Source of the DNA: Bifidobacterium breve
GTDB taxonomy: Bacteria; Bacteroidota; Bacteroidia; Flavobacteriales; Flavobacteriaceae
Assembly: GCA_943323545.2 (NCBI GenBank)
Contig: CALPIE020000001.1
Coordinates: 4,347 to 68,346 of the forward strand
Direction: 5' to 3'
Length of the DNA stretch: 64,000 bases
Under the pieces are notes generated by a model. It worked only from the letters and a program-made list of their open reading frames with translations. It was not told the origin of the DNA and ran no database searches. Shown here piece by piece: positions 30,710 through 40,014 of the stretch; within the stretch, counting starts at the first letter, position 1, and each line of letters begins with the position of its first letter. The translations under genes and the position numbers were made by a program.

Positions 30710-31387
30710 ATGCCCCACCAAAATATTAAAGTCTTAATCGTAGATGATCATCCTTTTATCATTCAAGGATATGAAAATGTGATTAATAGATTTCCTAATA
30801 AAAAAATAGAATTCACTATTTCAAAAGCAGTCGATTGCAAATCGGGTTACGAAATCATAATGAATGACAACGGAGAAACTTTCGATATTGCTTTTTTAGA
30901 CGTCAGTATGCCTGTTTATTTAGAAAAAGACATTCATACCGGAGAAGATTTAGCCAAATTACTTAACAAAGAAATGCCCGATTGTAAGATTGTTCTGCTA
31001 ACAATGCACTCGGAAAGTTTGAAAGTCCAAAAAATAATAGATGAAATTAATCCACTTGGCTTAGTCATCAAAAACGATTTGACTTTTGATAATATGTTGT
31101 TGGCCATCGAAACGGTTATAAAAGGTGAAAAATATTACAGTGATGCAGTAATTAAATTTTTAAACCAACAACAAAAAGAAAAAATCTACGTCGATGTCAT
31201 CGACAGACAAATTCTTCACTTTTTAAATAAAGGAATTCCAGCAGGAGATGTGGCTTTGTACATTCCAATTTCATCCAGTTCGGTAAAAACCAGAATTGAA
31301 AATATGAAAGAACTTATAGGAAAAACCGAATATACCGATAAAGAATTAGTTGCTGAAGCTAAAGAAAACGGAATGATGTTAAAATAG
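30710..31387 (+). CDS. Response regulator, receiver + LuxR/NarL-like HTH (paralog of 23726)
   Basis: IVDDHP, DIAFLDVSMP; shares IH(S/T)GEDL with the paralog. Confidence 0.9.
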   Translation: MPHQNIKVLIVDDHPFIIQGYENVINRFPNKKIEFTISKAVDCKSGYEIIMNDNGETFDIAFLDVSMPVYLEKDIHTGEDLAKLLNKEMPDCKIVLLTMHSESLKVQKIIDEINPLGLVIKNDLTFDNMLLAIETVIKGEKYYSDAVIKFLNQQQKEKIYVDVIDRQILHFLNKGIPAGDVALYIPISSSSVKTRIENMKELIGKTEYTDKELVAEAKENGMMLK

Positions 31388-31444
31388 GATCGAACGTCAA
31401 AAAACAGTCTGGCAGACTGTTTTAGTGAAGGGGCCAGACGGCGC
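31387..31444 (+). repeat. Hairpin repeat family C, copy 2
   Basis: AAAACAGTC-tggca-GACTGTTTT stem plus AGTGAAGGGGCCAGACGGCGC; homologous to 17438-17495. Confidence 0.7.
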
Positions 31445-31452
31445 AAGGGCAC

Positions 31453-31478
31453 AATCCTCTTAATGGAGAGGATTTTTT
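31453..31478. terminator. Hairpin terminator between convergent genes
   Basis: AATCCTCT...AGAGGATT followed by T run. Confidence 0.6.
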
Positions 31479-31479
31479 C

Positions 31480-32526
31480 TTATTCTTCCAAAGCATCCCA
31501 GCCTCTAGCTTTCAAAGGAATTTTAGTATTCGCTCTCGTAATTAAATGACAACCTTCACTTTCCTGAACCATATGACCAATTACCGTAAAATTCGGATTG
31601 GCTTTTATCTTATCAAAATCTTCTAAAGCAATTGTAAACAATAATTCATAATCTTCACCACCGTTTATCGCGACAGTAGTTCCGTCAATATTGAATTCCT
31701 CACAAACATTTATAAACTGAGGATCAACTGGAATTTTCTCTTCAAATAGATTACAACCCACCTTACTTTGCTTGCAAATATGAATAATTTCAGAAGACAA
31801 TCCATCAGAAATATCTATCATTGAAGTTGGTTTTACTTCTAGTTTTTCTAATAAAAGTCTAATATCATGACGCGCTTCTGGTTTTAATTGGCGCTCAATT
31901 AAATAAGTGTATGCATCCAAATCAGGTTGGTTATTTGGGTTCACTTGAAACACTTGTTTCTCTCTTTCTAATACCTGTAATCCCATGTATGCCGAACCTA
32001 AATCACCAGTTACCACCAATAAATCGTTTTCTTTAGCTCCATTTCTGTATACAATTTCATCTTCATTTGCTTCACCAATCGCTGTGATTGAAATTATTAA
32101 CCCTTTTTGGGATGAAGTTGTGTCGCCACCAATTACATCTACATTATAAAATTTAGCAGCGTGTGCAATTCCGTCAAATAATTCTTCTAAAGCTTCCAAC
32201 GGAAATCGATTTGAAACCGCCACCGAAACTGTAATTTGTGAAGGCTTGGCATTCATTGCACAAATATCAGATACATTTACAACCACTGCTTTGTAACCCA
32301 AGTGGCGCAAAGGCATATACGACAAATCAAAATGAACGCCTTCGATTAATAAATCGGTAGAAACGAGTACTTTTTTAGCTGCAAAATCCAAAACAGCAGC
32401 ATCATCGCCTATACTTTTTAAAGTGGAAGCTTGTTTTACATCAAATCTTTTTGTCAAATGGTCAATCAAACCAAATTCACCCAATTGTGAAAGTGAAGTA
32501 CGTTGCGGATTTTTATCTTCTATCAT
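31480..32526 (-). CDS. thiL: Thiamine-monophosphate kinase
   Basis: GEFGLI, IGDDAAV, EGVHF, NVSDICAM, DISDGL, GGEDYELLFT. Confidence 0.96.
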   Translation of the reverse strand: MIEDKNPQRTSLSQLGEFGLIDHLTKRFDVKQASTLKSIGDDAAVLDFAAKKVLVSTDLLIEGVHFDLSYMPLRHLGYKAVVVNVSDICAMNAKPSQITVSVAVSNRFPLEALEELFDGIAHAAKFYNVDVIGGDTTSSQKGLIISITAIGEANEDEIVYRNGAKENDLLVVTGDLGSAYMGLQVLEREKQVFQVNPNNQPDLDAYTYLIERQLKPEARHDIRLLLEKLEVKPTSMIDISDGLSSEIIHICKQSKVGCNLFEEKIPVDPQFINVCEEFNIDGTTVAINGGEDYELLFTIALEDFDKIKANPNFTVIGHMVQESEGCHLITRANTKIPLKARGWDALEE

Positions 32527-32626
32527 GTCGCAAAGGTACGAAGGTTTTTTGTTTGCTACAAAGTCGCTATGACGCTTAGTTTTTTTATCTTTATTAATTC
32601 AATCTAAATTTTTTAAAAATGCATTT

Positions 32627-33556
32627 ATGAAAAATCACCAAATTATAACATTAACTATAAATCCATCTTTGGATAAGAGCACGCATTTCAAAGGATTAAT
32701 TCCCGAACAAAAAATGCGATGTGAAGTACCACGATATGATGCGGGTGGTGGTGGAATTAATGTGTCTAAGGCCATTTCTAAATTGGGAGGGAGTTCTATT
32801 TGTGTGTTTACTTCTGGAGGTTCTTCAGGCGAAAAGTTAACAACTTTAATTGGGGAAGAAGGATTAGAATACATCACTATAAAAACTAAAAACTGGACAA
32901 GAGAAAATTTTATAGCTTTTGATACATCAACCAAATCACAGTACAGATTCGGATTTCCAGGCAACGAATTATCAATTGATGAACAAGATAAAATTAAAGC
33001 AACTATAAAAGAACTAAAATCAGAGTATTTAATTTTAAGCGGGAGTTTGAACAATGGATTAGCATCTAATTTCTATCAAGAAATAGCTGAAATTGCAAAA
33101 GCATCAGGAACAAAAGTAATAGTTGACACTTCTGGAGAAGCATTGCGGAAAGTTTTAGAAACAGGGGTCTATTTAATTAAACCAAATATTGGAGAACTAG
33201 CAAAATTAATTGGTGTAGAGCGACTGGAATTGCCCGAAGTAGAAAAAGCCGCAAAAAAATTAATTGAAAACGGAAGCGCCGAAATTATAGTCGTATCACT
33301 CGGAGCCGATGGTGCAATTTTAGTTGCCAAAGACGAAACTCATTTTGTAAAAGCACCTAAAGTTGAAAAGAAAAGTACAGTTGGTGCGGGCGATAGCATG
33401 GTAGGTGGAATGGTTTGGGCTTTATCACAAAATAAAACACTAAAAGAAGTTTTACAATTTGGTGTTTGCTGCGGAACTGCTGCCACAATGAACGAAGGAA
33501 CGCAACTTTTTAAGGTCGAAGATGTCCAAAAACTATTTAAAGAAATGCAAAAATAA
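32627..33556 (+). CDS. 1-phosphofructokinase/PfkB family hexose kinase
   Basis: T.NPSLD, GGGGINVS, IKPN..EL, STVGAGDS. Confidence 0.92.
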   Translation: MKNHQIITLTINPSLDKSTHFKGLIPEQKMRCEVPRYDAGGGGINVSKAISKLGGSSICVFTSGGSSGEKLTTLIGEEGLEYITIKTKNWTRENFIAFDTSTKSQYRFGFPGNELSIDEQDKIKATIKELKSEYLILSGSLNNGLASNFYQEIAEIAKASGTKVIVDTSGEALRKVLETGVYLIKPNIGELAKLIGVERLELPEVEKAAKKLIENGSAEIIVVSLGADGAILVAKDETHFVKAPKVEKKSTVGAGDSMVGGMVWALSQNKTLKEVLQFGVCCGTAATMNEGTQLFKVEDVQKLFKEMQK

Positions 33557-33578
33557 ACCCAACAACGTAAGTCATCGG

Positions 33579-33613
33579 GTTTTTCTTTGTTCTTTTTTCT
33601 TTGTTCTTTTTTC
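33579..33613 (-). repeat. Heptamer tandem array after the lepA stop
   Basis: TTTGTTC/TTTTTTC alternating, next to hairpin 33555-33582. Confidence 0.6.
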
Positions 33614-33618
33614 TCATA

Positions 33619-35415
33619 CTAATCATTCAACTTCAATACCGCCATAAAAGCTTCTTGCGGAATCTCAACATTTCCTACCAAACGCATTCGCTTTTTCCCT
33701 TTTTTCTGTTTTTCAAGAAGTTTTCTTTTTCGAGAAATATCACCGCCATAACATTTAGCAGTAACATCTTTACGTAACGCTTTTATCGTTTCACGTGCAA
33801 TGATTTTTGCGCCAATAGCAGCTTGAATCGGAATATCAAATTGTTGTCTCGGAATTAATTCACGTAATTTCTCACACATTTTTTTACCTATATTATAGGC
33901 ATTACTTTCGTGAATCAGAGCAGAAAGTGCATCTACAGATTGTCCATTCAATAATACATCCAGTTTCACTAATTTCGAAGCTCTCATTCCAATTGGAGAA
34001 TAATCAAACGACGCATATCCTTTAGAAACCGTTTTCAATCGGTCGTAAAAATCGAATACAATTTCTGCCAAAGGCATGTCGAAATTCAATTCGACTCTTT
34101 CGGTAGTTAAATACGTTTGATTCGTAATAACACCCCGCTTTTCAATACACAAACTCATTACATTTCCAACATAATCAGATTTGGTAATGATGGTTGCTTT
34201 GATGAAAGGTTCTTCCACTCGGTCTAATCGTGAGGGTTCAGGTAAGTCGGAAGGATTGTTTACCACAATACCAACTTCAGGCTCTTTTTTAGTATAAGCC
34301 AAGTAAGAAACGTTAGGAACCGTAGTAATAACAGTCATGTCATACTCACGTTCTAATCGTTCTTGTATAATTTCCAAATGCAGCATTCCTAAGAATCCAC
34401 ATCGGAAACCAAATCCCAATGCTGCCGAACTTTCTGGTAAAAATACCAACGAAGCATCGTTCAATTGGAGTTTTTCCATCGACGAACGCAAATCTTCATA
34501 ATCATCAGTGTCAACAGGATAAATTCCGGCAAAAACCATAGGTTTAACATCCTCAAATCCCTTAATCATATTGGTAGTTGGCGTTTTCGCATCGGTAATC
34601 GTATCTCCAACTTTAACTTCTTTCGCTTCTTTAATTCCGGAAATTAAATAACCAACATCACCAGTAGATATAACATCTTTTGGCACTTGGTTCAACTTCA
34701 ATGTTCCTACTTCGTCAGCAAAATATTCATTGCCGGTTGCCATGAATTTGATTTTTTGCCCTTTTCTGATTTCGCCATTTTTTACTCTAAAAATAACTTC
34801 AATTCCACGAAACGGATTGTAATGTGAATCGAAAATTAAAGCTTGTAATGGTTCGTCTTTAACCCCTTTTGGTGGTGGAATTTTTTCAATAATCGCAGCC
34901 AATATATTTTCAACACCAAAACCAGTTTTTCCAGAAGCGTGAATAATATCTTCCAATTTGCATCCCAATAAATCGATAATATCATCGCTCACTTCTTCAG
35001 GATTGGCACTTGGCAAATCGACTTTATTCAACACCGGAATAATTTCCAAATCATTTTCCAAAGCCAAATACAAATTAGAAATCGTTTGTGCTTGTATACT
35101 TTGCGCTGCATCAACAATCAAAAGCGCTCCTTCACACGCGGCAATCGAACGTGAAACTTCATAACTAAAATCAACGTGTCCCGGCGTATCAATAAGGTTT
35201 AAAATATAATCTTCCCCTTTGTAATTGTACTCCATTTGAATAGCGTGACTTTTTATGGTAATACCACGTTCCCGCTCTAAGTCCATGTTGTCAAGCAATT
35301 GTGCTTTTTCTTCACGAGCGGTTACGGTTTGTGTGGTGCCAAGAAGTCGGTCGGCAAGTGTACTTTTTCCGTGGTCAATGTGTGCAATAATGCAAAAATT
35401 TCTAATATGCTTCAT
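33619..35415 (-). CDS. lepA: Elongation factor 4
   Basis: [40 protein letters not shown]. Confidence 0.98.
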   Translation of the reverse strand: MKHIRNFCIIAHIDHGKSTLADRLLGTTQTVTAREEKAQLLDNMDLERERGITIKSHAIQMEYNYKGEDYILNLIDTPGHVDFSYEVSRSIAACEGALLIVDAAQSIQAQTISNLYLALENDLEIIPVLNKVDLPSANPEEVSDDIIDLLGCKLEDIIHASGKTGFGVENILAAIIEKIPPPKGVKDEPLQALIFDSHYNPFRGIEVIFRVKNGEIRKGQKIKFMATGNEYFADEVGTLKLNQVPKDVISTGDVGYLISGIKEAKEVKVGDTITDAKTPTTNMIKGFEDVKPMVFAGIYPVDTDDYEDLRSSMEKLQLNDASLVFLPESSAALGFGFRCGFLGMLHLEIIQERLEREYDMTVITTVPNVSYLAYTKKEPEVGIVVNNPSDLPEPSRLDRVEEPFIKATIITKSDYVGNVMSLCIEKRGVITNQTYLTTERVELNFDMPLAEIVFDFYDRLKTVSKGYASFDYSPIGMRASKLVKLDVLLNGQSVDALSALIHESNAYNIGKKMCEKLRELIPRQQFDIPIQAAIGAKIIARETIKALRKDVTAKCYGGDISRKRKLLEKQKKGKKRMRLVGNVEIPQEAFMAVLKLND

Positions 35416-35437
35416 TTTCTTTTTCTGACAATTTTAT

Positions 35438-35551
35438 TGGCGTTCCCCTGCGGGTTGGGCTTTTCGCTATATCTTTTGTTTGCTTACGCCTGTTCGCTAT
35501 CGCTCGAGTCGTTACTCTTCACAAAAGGATACCGCTGCAATCCCTAACGCA
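35438..35551 (+). repeat. Structured intergenic repeat family A, copy 3 (in the lepA leader)
   Basis: TGGCGTTCCCC..GGGCTTTTCGCTATATCTTTT...AAAAGGATACCGCTGCAATCCCTAACGCA. Confidence 0.8.
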
Positions 35552-35809
35552 ATCTACCTAATAATAAGGAATTAATCGGCAAATATACGCTAAAGTTACA
35601 AGTTCAAAAGAGATACACCTAAAATAATTAGGTGCTTTTCAATTAAAAATAAAATACGCTATTTATCGTATTTCAATAATTGTTAAACGTCCTTAGTTTA
35701 GCGCTTCATTCGTATAATCAAAAAAAAAGACAAAAGTAAAAAATCAACTTACTTGTGAGTGTAAGAAAAAAAAGTAAATTTGTTCAAACAAACCTTAAAA
35801 TTTTTAACA

Positions 35810-36418
35810 ATGAAAAAAGTAGTAGTAGCATTAGTCTTTTTTGCATCGTCAATGATGATAGCACAAAAAATGGAAGTTGAAAAAGGCGATTTTGCTTTTT
35901 TAAATGGTCAAACAACTGTTAATGTTGAATTTGATTACAGTAAATTAACGTTAATGAAAGAAAACAAAACCGAAGCACAATACATTTCTGAAAGAGCCGC
36001 TGATTTAAACGAAAAAAACAAAGGAGTTGGCGATGTTTGGAAGAAAAAATGGGAAGGTGCGAAAACAGCCATTTGGAATCCAAAATTTTTAGAGTTGGTA
36101 AATATTGTTTTAGCAAAAAAAGATAAAAACCTAAGTTTTCAAGAAGATTTGACTTCTGCAAAATACACTTTGATTGTTCAGGCTACATGGATTTTCCCAG
36201 GTTGGGATGCCATGGTGATGAAACAACCAGCAAAAGTTTCAACTACTTTGAAGTTCGTTGAAACAGCAAACAGATCAAATGTCGTTTTAGAGATATCAAC
36301 TAAAGAAGCTCCTGGTGACCAATGGGGAAATAACTTCAGTAACGAATCAAGAATTGGTGAAGGTTTCGCCAAAACAGGAAAATCACTAGCAGGTTATATT
36401 ATAAAAAACACAAAATAA
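35810..36418 (+). CDS. Exported hypothetical protein (paralog of 36499)
   Basis: Signal peptide; TAAATTTG box at 35775; shared motif AKYT..V..TWI.PG...PAK.S. Confidence 0.8.
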   Translation: MKKVVVALVFFASSMMIAQKMEVEKGDFAFLNGQTTVNVEFDYSKLTLMKENKTEAQYISERAADLNEKNKGVGDVWKKKWEGAKTAIWNPKFLELVNIVLAKKDKNLSFQEDLTSAKYTLIVQATWIFPGWDAMVMKQPAKVSTTLKFVETANRSNVVLEISTKEAPGDQWGNNFSNESRIGEGFAKTGKSLAGYIIKNTK

Positions 36419-36437
36419 CATTTGCCTAAATATAATT

Positions 36438-36466
36438 AAAAACCTTAGTCTAACTAAGGTTTTTTT
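36438..36466 (+). terminator. Terminator
   Basis: AACCTTAG-tctaa-CTAAGGTT plus T run. Confidence 0.8.
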
Positions 36467-36498
36467 GTTTTCTAATTTAAAAAAAATACATTTGTTTC

Positions 36499-37104
36499 AT
36501 GAAAAAACAGTTATTTTTTATGACATTATTTTTTATGTCGTCACTACTTTATAGCCAACGGTTTGATATTTTATCAGGAGATTTAAAAAATGTAAAGGGA
36601 ATTACCGAATACCATTGTACTTTCGATTATAAAGACATGCAAGTCAACGGATTTGAATCGGAGGCCGCGTTTCTCAAAGAAAAAATAGCCAAAAGGCAAA
36701 AGTATGATGATGGTAAAGATTTAAAAGGTAAAGCCGTTCAATTTGAAAAAGATTGGTTTGAAGATCGTTTTAATAAATACGAACCTGCTTATATCAATTA
36801 TTTCAACGCACGCCTTGAAAAAGAAAAGGTAAAAGCGGTTATAAATCCAGCAGCCAAATATACCATGAATGTGAAAACAACGTGGATTTATCCCGGTTAT
36901 GAATTGGCACAAGTAGAACCCGCAAAAATAAGTGCTATTATCACTATTTTTGAAACTGCCAATCCTTCCAATGTGCTATTGGCTATCGAATTCGACAAAT
37001 CAATAGGAATTGTGAAAGATTACCGAAAACAAGGCGATCGAATAGTTGGAGCTTATGAAAAATTAGCCAAAAACATTACGTTACAAATGAAACGATTTCT
37101 ATAA
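36499..37104 (+). CDS. Exported hypothetical protein (paralog of 35810)
   Basis: Signal peptide; shared motifs with the upstream gene. Confidence 0.8.
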   Translation: MKKQLFFMTLFFMSSLLYSQRFDILSGDLKNVKGITEYHCTFDYKDMQVNGFESEAAFLKEKIAKRQKYDDGKDLKGKAVQFEKDWFEDRFNKYEPAYINYFNARLEKEKVKAVINPAAKYTMNVKTTWIYPGYELAQVEPAKISAIITIFETANPSNVLLAIEFDKSIGIVKDYRKQGDRIVGAYEKLAKNITLQMKRFL

Positions 37105-37136
37105 AAAAAACCTTAGCTATATGCTAAGGTTTTTTT
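37103..37136. terminator. Bidirectional terminator overlapping the 3' end of the convergent gene
   Basis: A8-CCTTAGC-tatat-GCTAAGG-T7. Confidence 0.75.
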
Positions 37137-38376
37137 GTGCTTCTTTTTCGCTATTGATCATATAGGCCATGTTCTTGACCACATTGTCGTGTTTTTTTAC
37201 AAACGGATTCGTTTCATCCCAAACATAGCCTGCTAAAACAGCACATATTTTTTCTTTCACATCTGGATTTTCAGGTTGGTGAAAAAATAAGGTTTGTAAA
37301 TTTCCAGTGTACCATTCTTTTACATAGGTAGTAAAAACACCAATACCTCTTCGCATGTAGCCTGTAAATTCGGTTTCCCAATCTACTGCTATTCCTTGAG
37401 ATTCTTTGATGTATAATTTTGCAGCCAACATACCCGATTCGGTAGCAAATGCTACTCCTGATGAAAATACAGGATCTAAAAATTCAGAACTGTTTCCCGT
37501 TAAAGCAAAACCATCACCATACATTCTTTTTACCGAACGCGAGTAATTTTCTAATTTCACAGGTTCAAAGTTAAAAGGAACATCTCCAAATCGTTTGATG
37601 TAGTACTCAGATAAATTTACGGCATTGTTCAAGGCCTCTCGAGTATCATTATTTTCAGAAAGTGCATTGATAAAATGCGTAGGTCCAACAACACCCAAAC
37701 TTGTATTTCCATTCGAAAAAGGAATAACCCACAACCAAACTTCGGTCTCTAAAATATCAAAAGAAATTAGTGTTCCCTCTTCGCCAGCTGGTCGGTTTAC
37801 GTCTACAACATGGGTAAATATAGCCGAATGGGGGTCTAATTTTGAAGGCGTATCTAAATCTAAAAGTCGCGGTAAAACCCTTCCGTAACCGCTTGAATCA
37901 ATTACAAAATTGGCATGGACTTCTTTTAAGTTTCCATTCACATCTTTTATTACAGTAATCGATTTTTTACCTTCAAAAGAAATCGAAACCACTTCCGATT
38001 CAAATTCCAAATCAATGCCTTTACGAATTACTTCTTGAGCCATAGTATTGTCAAAATCAGCTCTTGGCACTTGCCACGTCCAATCCCAACCCTCACCATA
38101 TTTTTTACTAAAATCAAAAATGCAAATTTCTTCTCCTCGAATAAAACGGGCACCTAACTTCTTTTCAAAATTCATGGCATCTAATGATTCAAACAAACCA
38201 GCTTCTGCAAAGTGGTCCATTACACGAGGAATAAGGCTTTCTCCTACTACAAGTCTCGGAAATTTGGTCTTTTCTACAATCTTCACTTTCACATTATTAT
38301 TATGAAGGTAAGAGGCCGAAACACATCCTGAAGGACCAGCTCCAATTACCAAAACATCAACAAACTCCTTTAACAT
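37117..38376 (-). CDS. FAD-dependent oxidoreductase, flavin-dependent halogenase-like
   Basis: GAGPSG, FPR..VGES, WLWVIP (WxWxIP), FLDPVFSSGV. Confidence 0.8.
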   Translation of the reverse strand: MLKEFVDVLVIGAGPSGCVSASYLHNNNVKVKIVEKTKFPRLVVGESLIPRVMDHFAEAGLFESLDAMNFEKKLGARFIRGEEICIFDFSKKYGEGWDWTWQVPRADFDNTMAQEVIRKGIDLEFESEVVSISFEGKKSITVIKDVNGNLKEVHANFVIDSSGYGRVLPRLLDLDTPSKLDPHSAIFTHVVDVNRPAGEEGTLISFDILETEVWLWVIPFSNGNTSLGVVGPTHFINALSENNDTREALNNAVNLSEYYIKRFGDVPFNFEPVKLENYSRSVKRMYGDGFALTGNSSEFLDPVFSSGVAFATESGMLAAKLYIKESQGIAVDWETEFTGYMRRGIGVFTTYVKEWYTGNLQTLFFHQPENPDVKEKICAVLAGYVWDETNPFVKKHDNVVKNMAYMINSEKEAQKNLSI

Positions 38377-38475
38377 ATTCTTTTTTTTGTGATTAATATA
38401 CTACATTTGCCACCTCAAATTAACTACAATTTATTTTAATAAAAAAACTAAATTTGTAAAAAACGAAAAGGTTGA

Positions 38476-39996
38476 ATGAAAACTATAAATGAATATTTAA
38501 GTTTAAAAGAATTCGAATCCATAATTTTTGAAAACGAAAAAATCGACATAAGTGAAGCGGTACTGAGAAGAGTCAAAAGAAGTTTTAATTTTTTAAATGA
38601 ATTTTCGAAAAATAAGGTTATCTATGGCGTCAATACGGGATTTGGTCCCATGGCGCAATACCGCATTAAGGAAGAAGACCGGTTGCAGTTGCAATACAAC
38701 CTGATCAGGAGCCATTCGTCTGGAACTGGAAAACCGTTGGAACCACAGTTAGTTAAAGCTGCTATTCTCGCTCGACTCAATACACTTTCATTGGGGTATT
38801 CGGGTGTACATCCTTCACTTATCCATCTCATGAAAGAACTCATCAACCGAGACATCACACCACTCATTTTTGAACATGGCGGTGTTGGCGCATCAGGAGA
38901 TTTGGTACAATTGGCGCATTTGGCACTGGTACTCATTGGCGAAGGCGAAGTGTTTTATAAAGGCGAAAGAAAAGCCACATCAACTGTTTTTGCAATTGAA
39001 GGATTGGAGCCTGTCCAAGTGGAAATCCGAGAAGGTTTGGCACTTATGAATGGCACCTCGGTCATGACAGGAATTGGTGTAGTAAATGTTTACAAAGCAA
39101 ACAAACTTGCTGATTGGTCCATCAAGCTTTCATGTGCAATCAATGAAATCGTGAAAGCATACGACGATCATTTGTCTGAAGAATTGAACCATGCAAAACG
39201 CCATAAAGGGCAACGTGAAGTGGCCAAAAGAATGCGCGAGAATTTAGCCGACAGTTCGTTAATACGAAAAAGAGAAGACCATTTGTATAATGGTGAAAAT
39301 ACAGAAGACATTTTCAAGGAAAAAGTCCAGGAATATTACTCCTTACGCTGTGTTCCCCAAATTTTAGGTCCGATTTTGGAAACCATAAACAATACCGCTT
39401 CGATTTTGGAGGACGAATTCAATTCGGCCAACGATAATCCGATCATTGATGTGGAAAATCGACACGTTTACCACGGGGGTAATTTTCATGGTGATTATAT
39501 TGCACTTGAAATGGACAAACTCAAAATTGCCGTTACCAAATTAACAATGCTTGCCGAACGCCAGCTGAATTATTTGCTGAATTCAAAAATCAACGAAATG
39601 TTACCTCCTTTTGTAAATCTGGGAACTCTCGGATTTAATTTCGGAATGCAGGGCGTGCAATTTACGGCAACATCCACAACTGCCGAAAATCAAATGTTAT
39701 CCAATCCAATGTACATCCATAGCATACCAAACAACAATGACAATCAAGACATTGTAAGTATGGGAACTAACGCTGCTGTGATTACAGCCAAAGTAATTGA
39801 AAATGCTTTTGAAGTGTTGAGTATCGAATTGATAACCATTGTACAGGCTATAGATTATTTAAAGCAAAAAGAAGCTGTTTCATCGGTTACCAAAAAAATG
39901 TATGATGATGTTAGAGCCATTATTCCTACTTTTAAGGAAGATCAAGTGATGTATCCGTACATTCAAAAAGTGAAAAATTACCTTATTGAAAATTAA
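38476..39996 (+). CDS. Aromatic amino acid ammonia-lyase, probably tyrosine ammonia-lyase
   Basis: YGVNTGFG, MIO motif GASGD; closely resembles my recollection of F. johnsoniae TAL; flexirubin context. Confidence 0.88.
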   Translation: MKTINEYLSLKEFESIIFENEKIDISEAVLRRVKRSFNFLNEFSKNKVIYGVNTGFGPMAQYRIKEEDRLQLQYNLIRSHSSGTGKPLEPQLVKAAILARLNTLSLGYSGVHPSLIHLMKELINRDITPLIFEHGGVGASGDLVQLAHLALVLIGEGEVFYKGERKATSTVFAIEGLEPVQVEIREGLALMNGTSVMTGIGVVNVYKANKLADWSIKLSCAINEIVKAYDDHLSEELNHAKRHKGQREVAKRMRENLADSSLIRKREDHLYNGENTEDIFKEKVQEYYSLRCVPQILGPILETINNTASILEDEFNSANDNPIIDVENRHVYHGGNFHGDYIALEMDKLKIAVTKLTMLAERQLNYLLNSKINEMLPPFVNLGTLGFNFGMQGVQFTATSTTAENQMLSNPMYIHSIPNNNDNQDIVSMGTNAAVITAKVIENAFEVLSIELITIVQAIDYLKQKEAVSSVTKKMYDDVRAIIPTFKEDQVMYPYIQKVKNYLIEN

Positions 39997-40014
39997 TCAT
40001 AAATCAATAAAATC

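Noticed and set aside
31387-31478. tRNA or tRNA fragment marking an island boundary
   Set aside because: No cloverleaf or T-loop/CCA pattern; explained by repeat family C plus a terminator; no integrase nearby.
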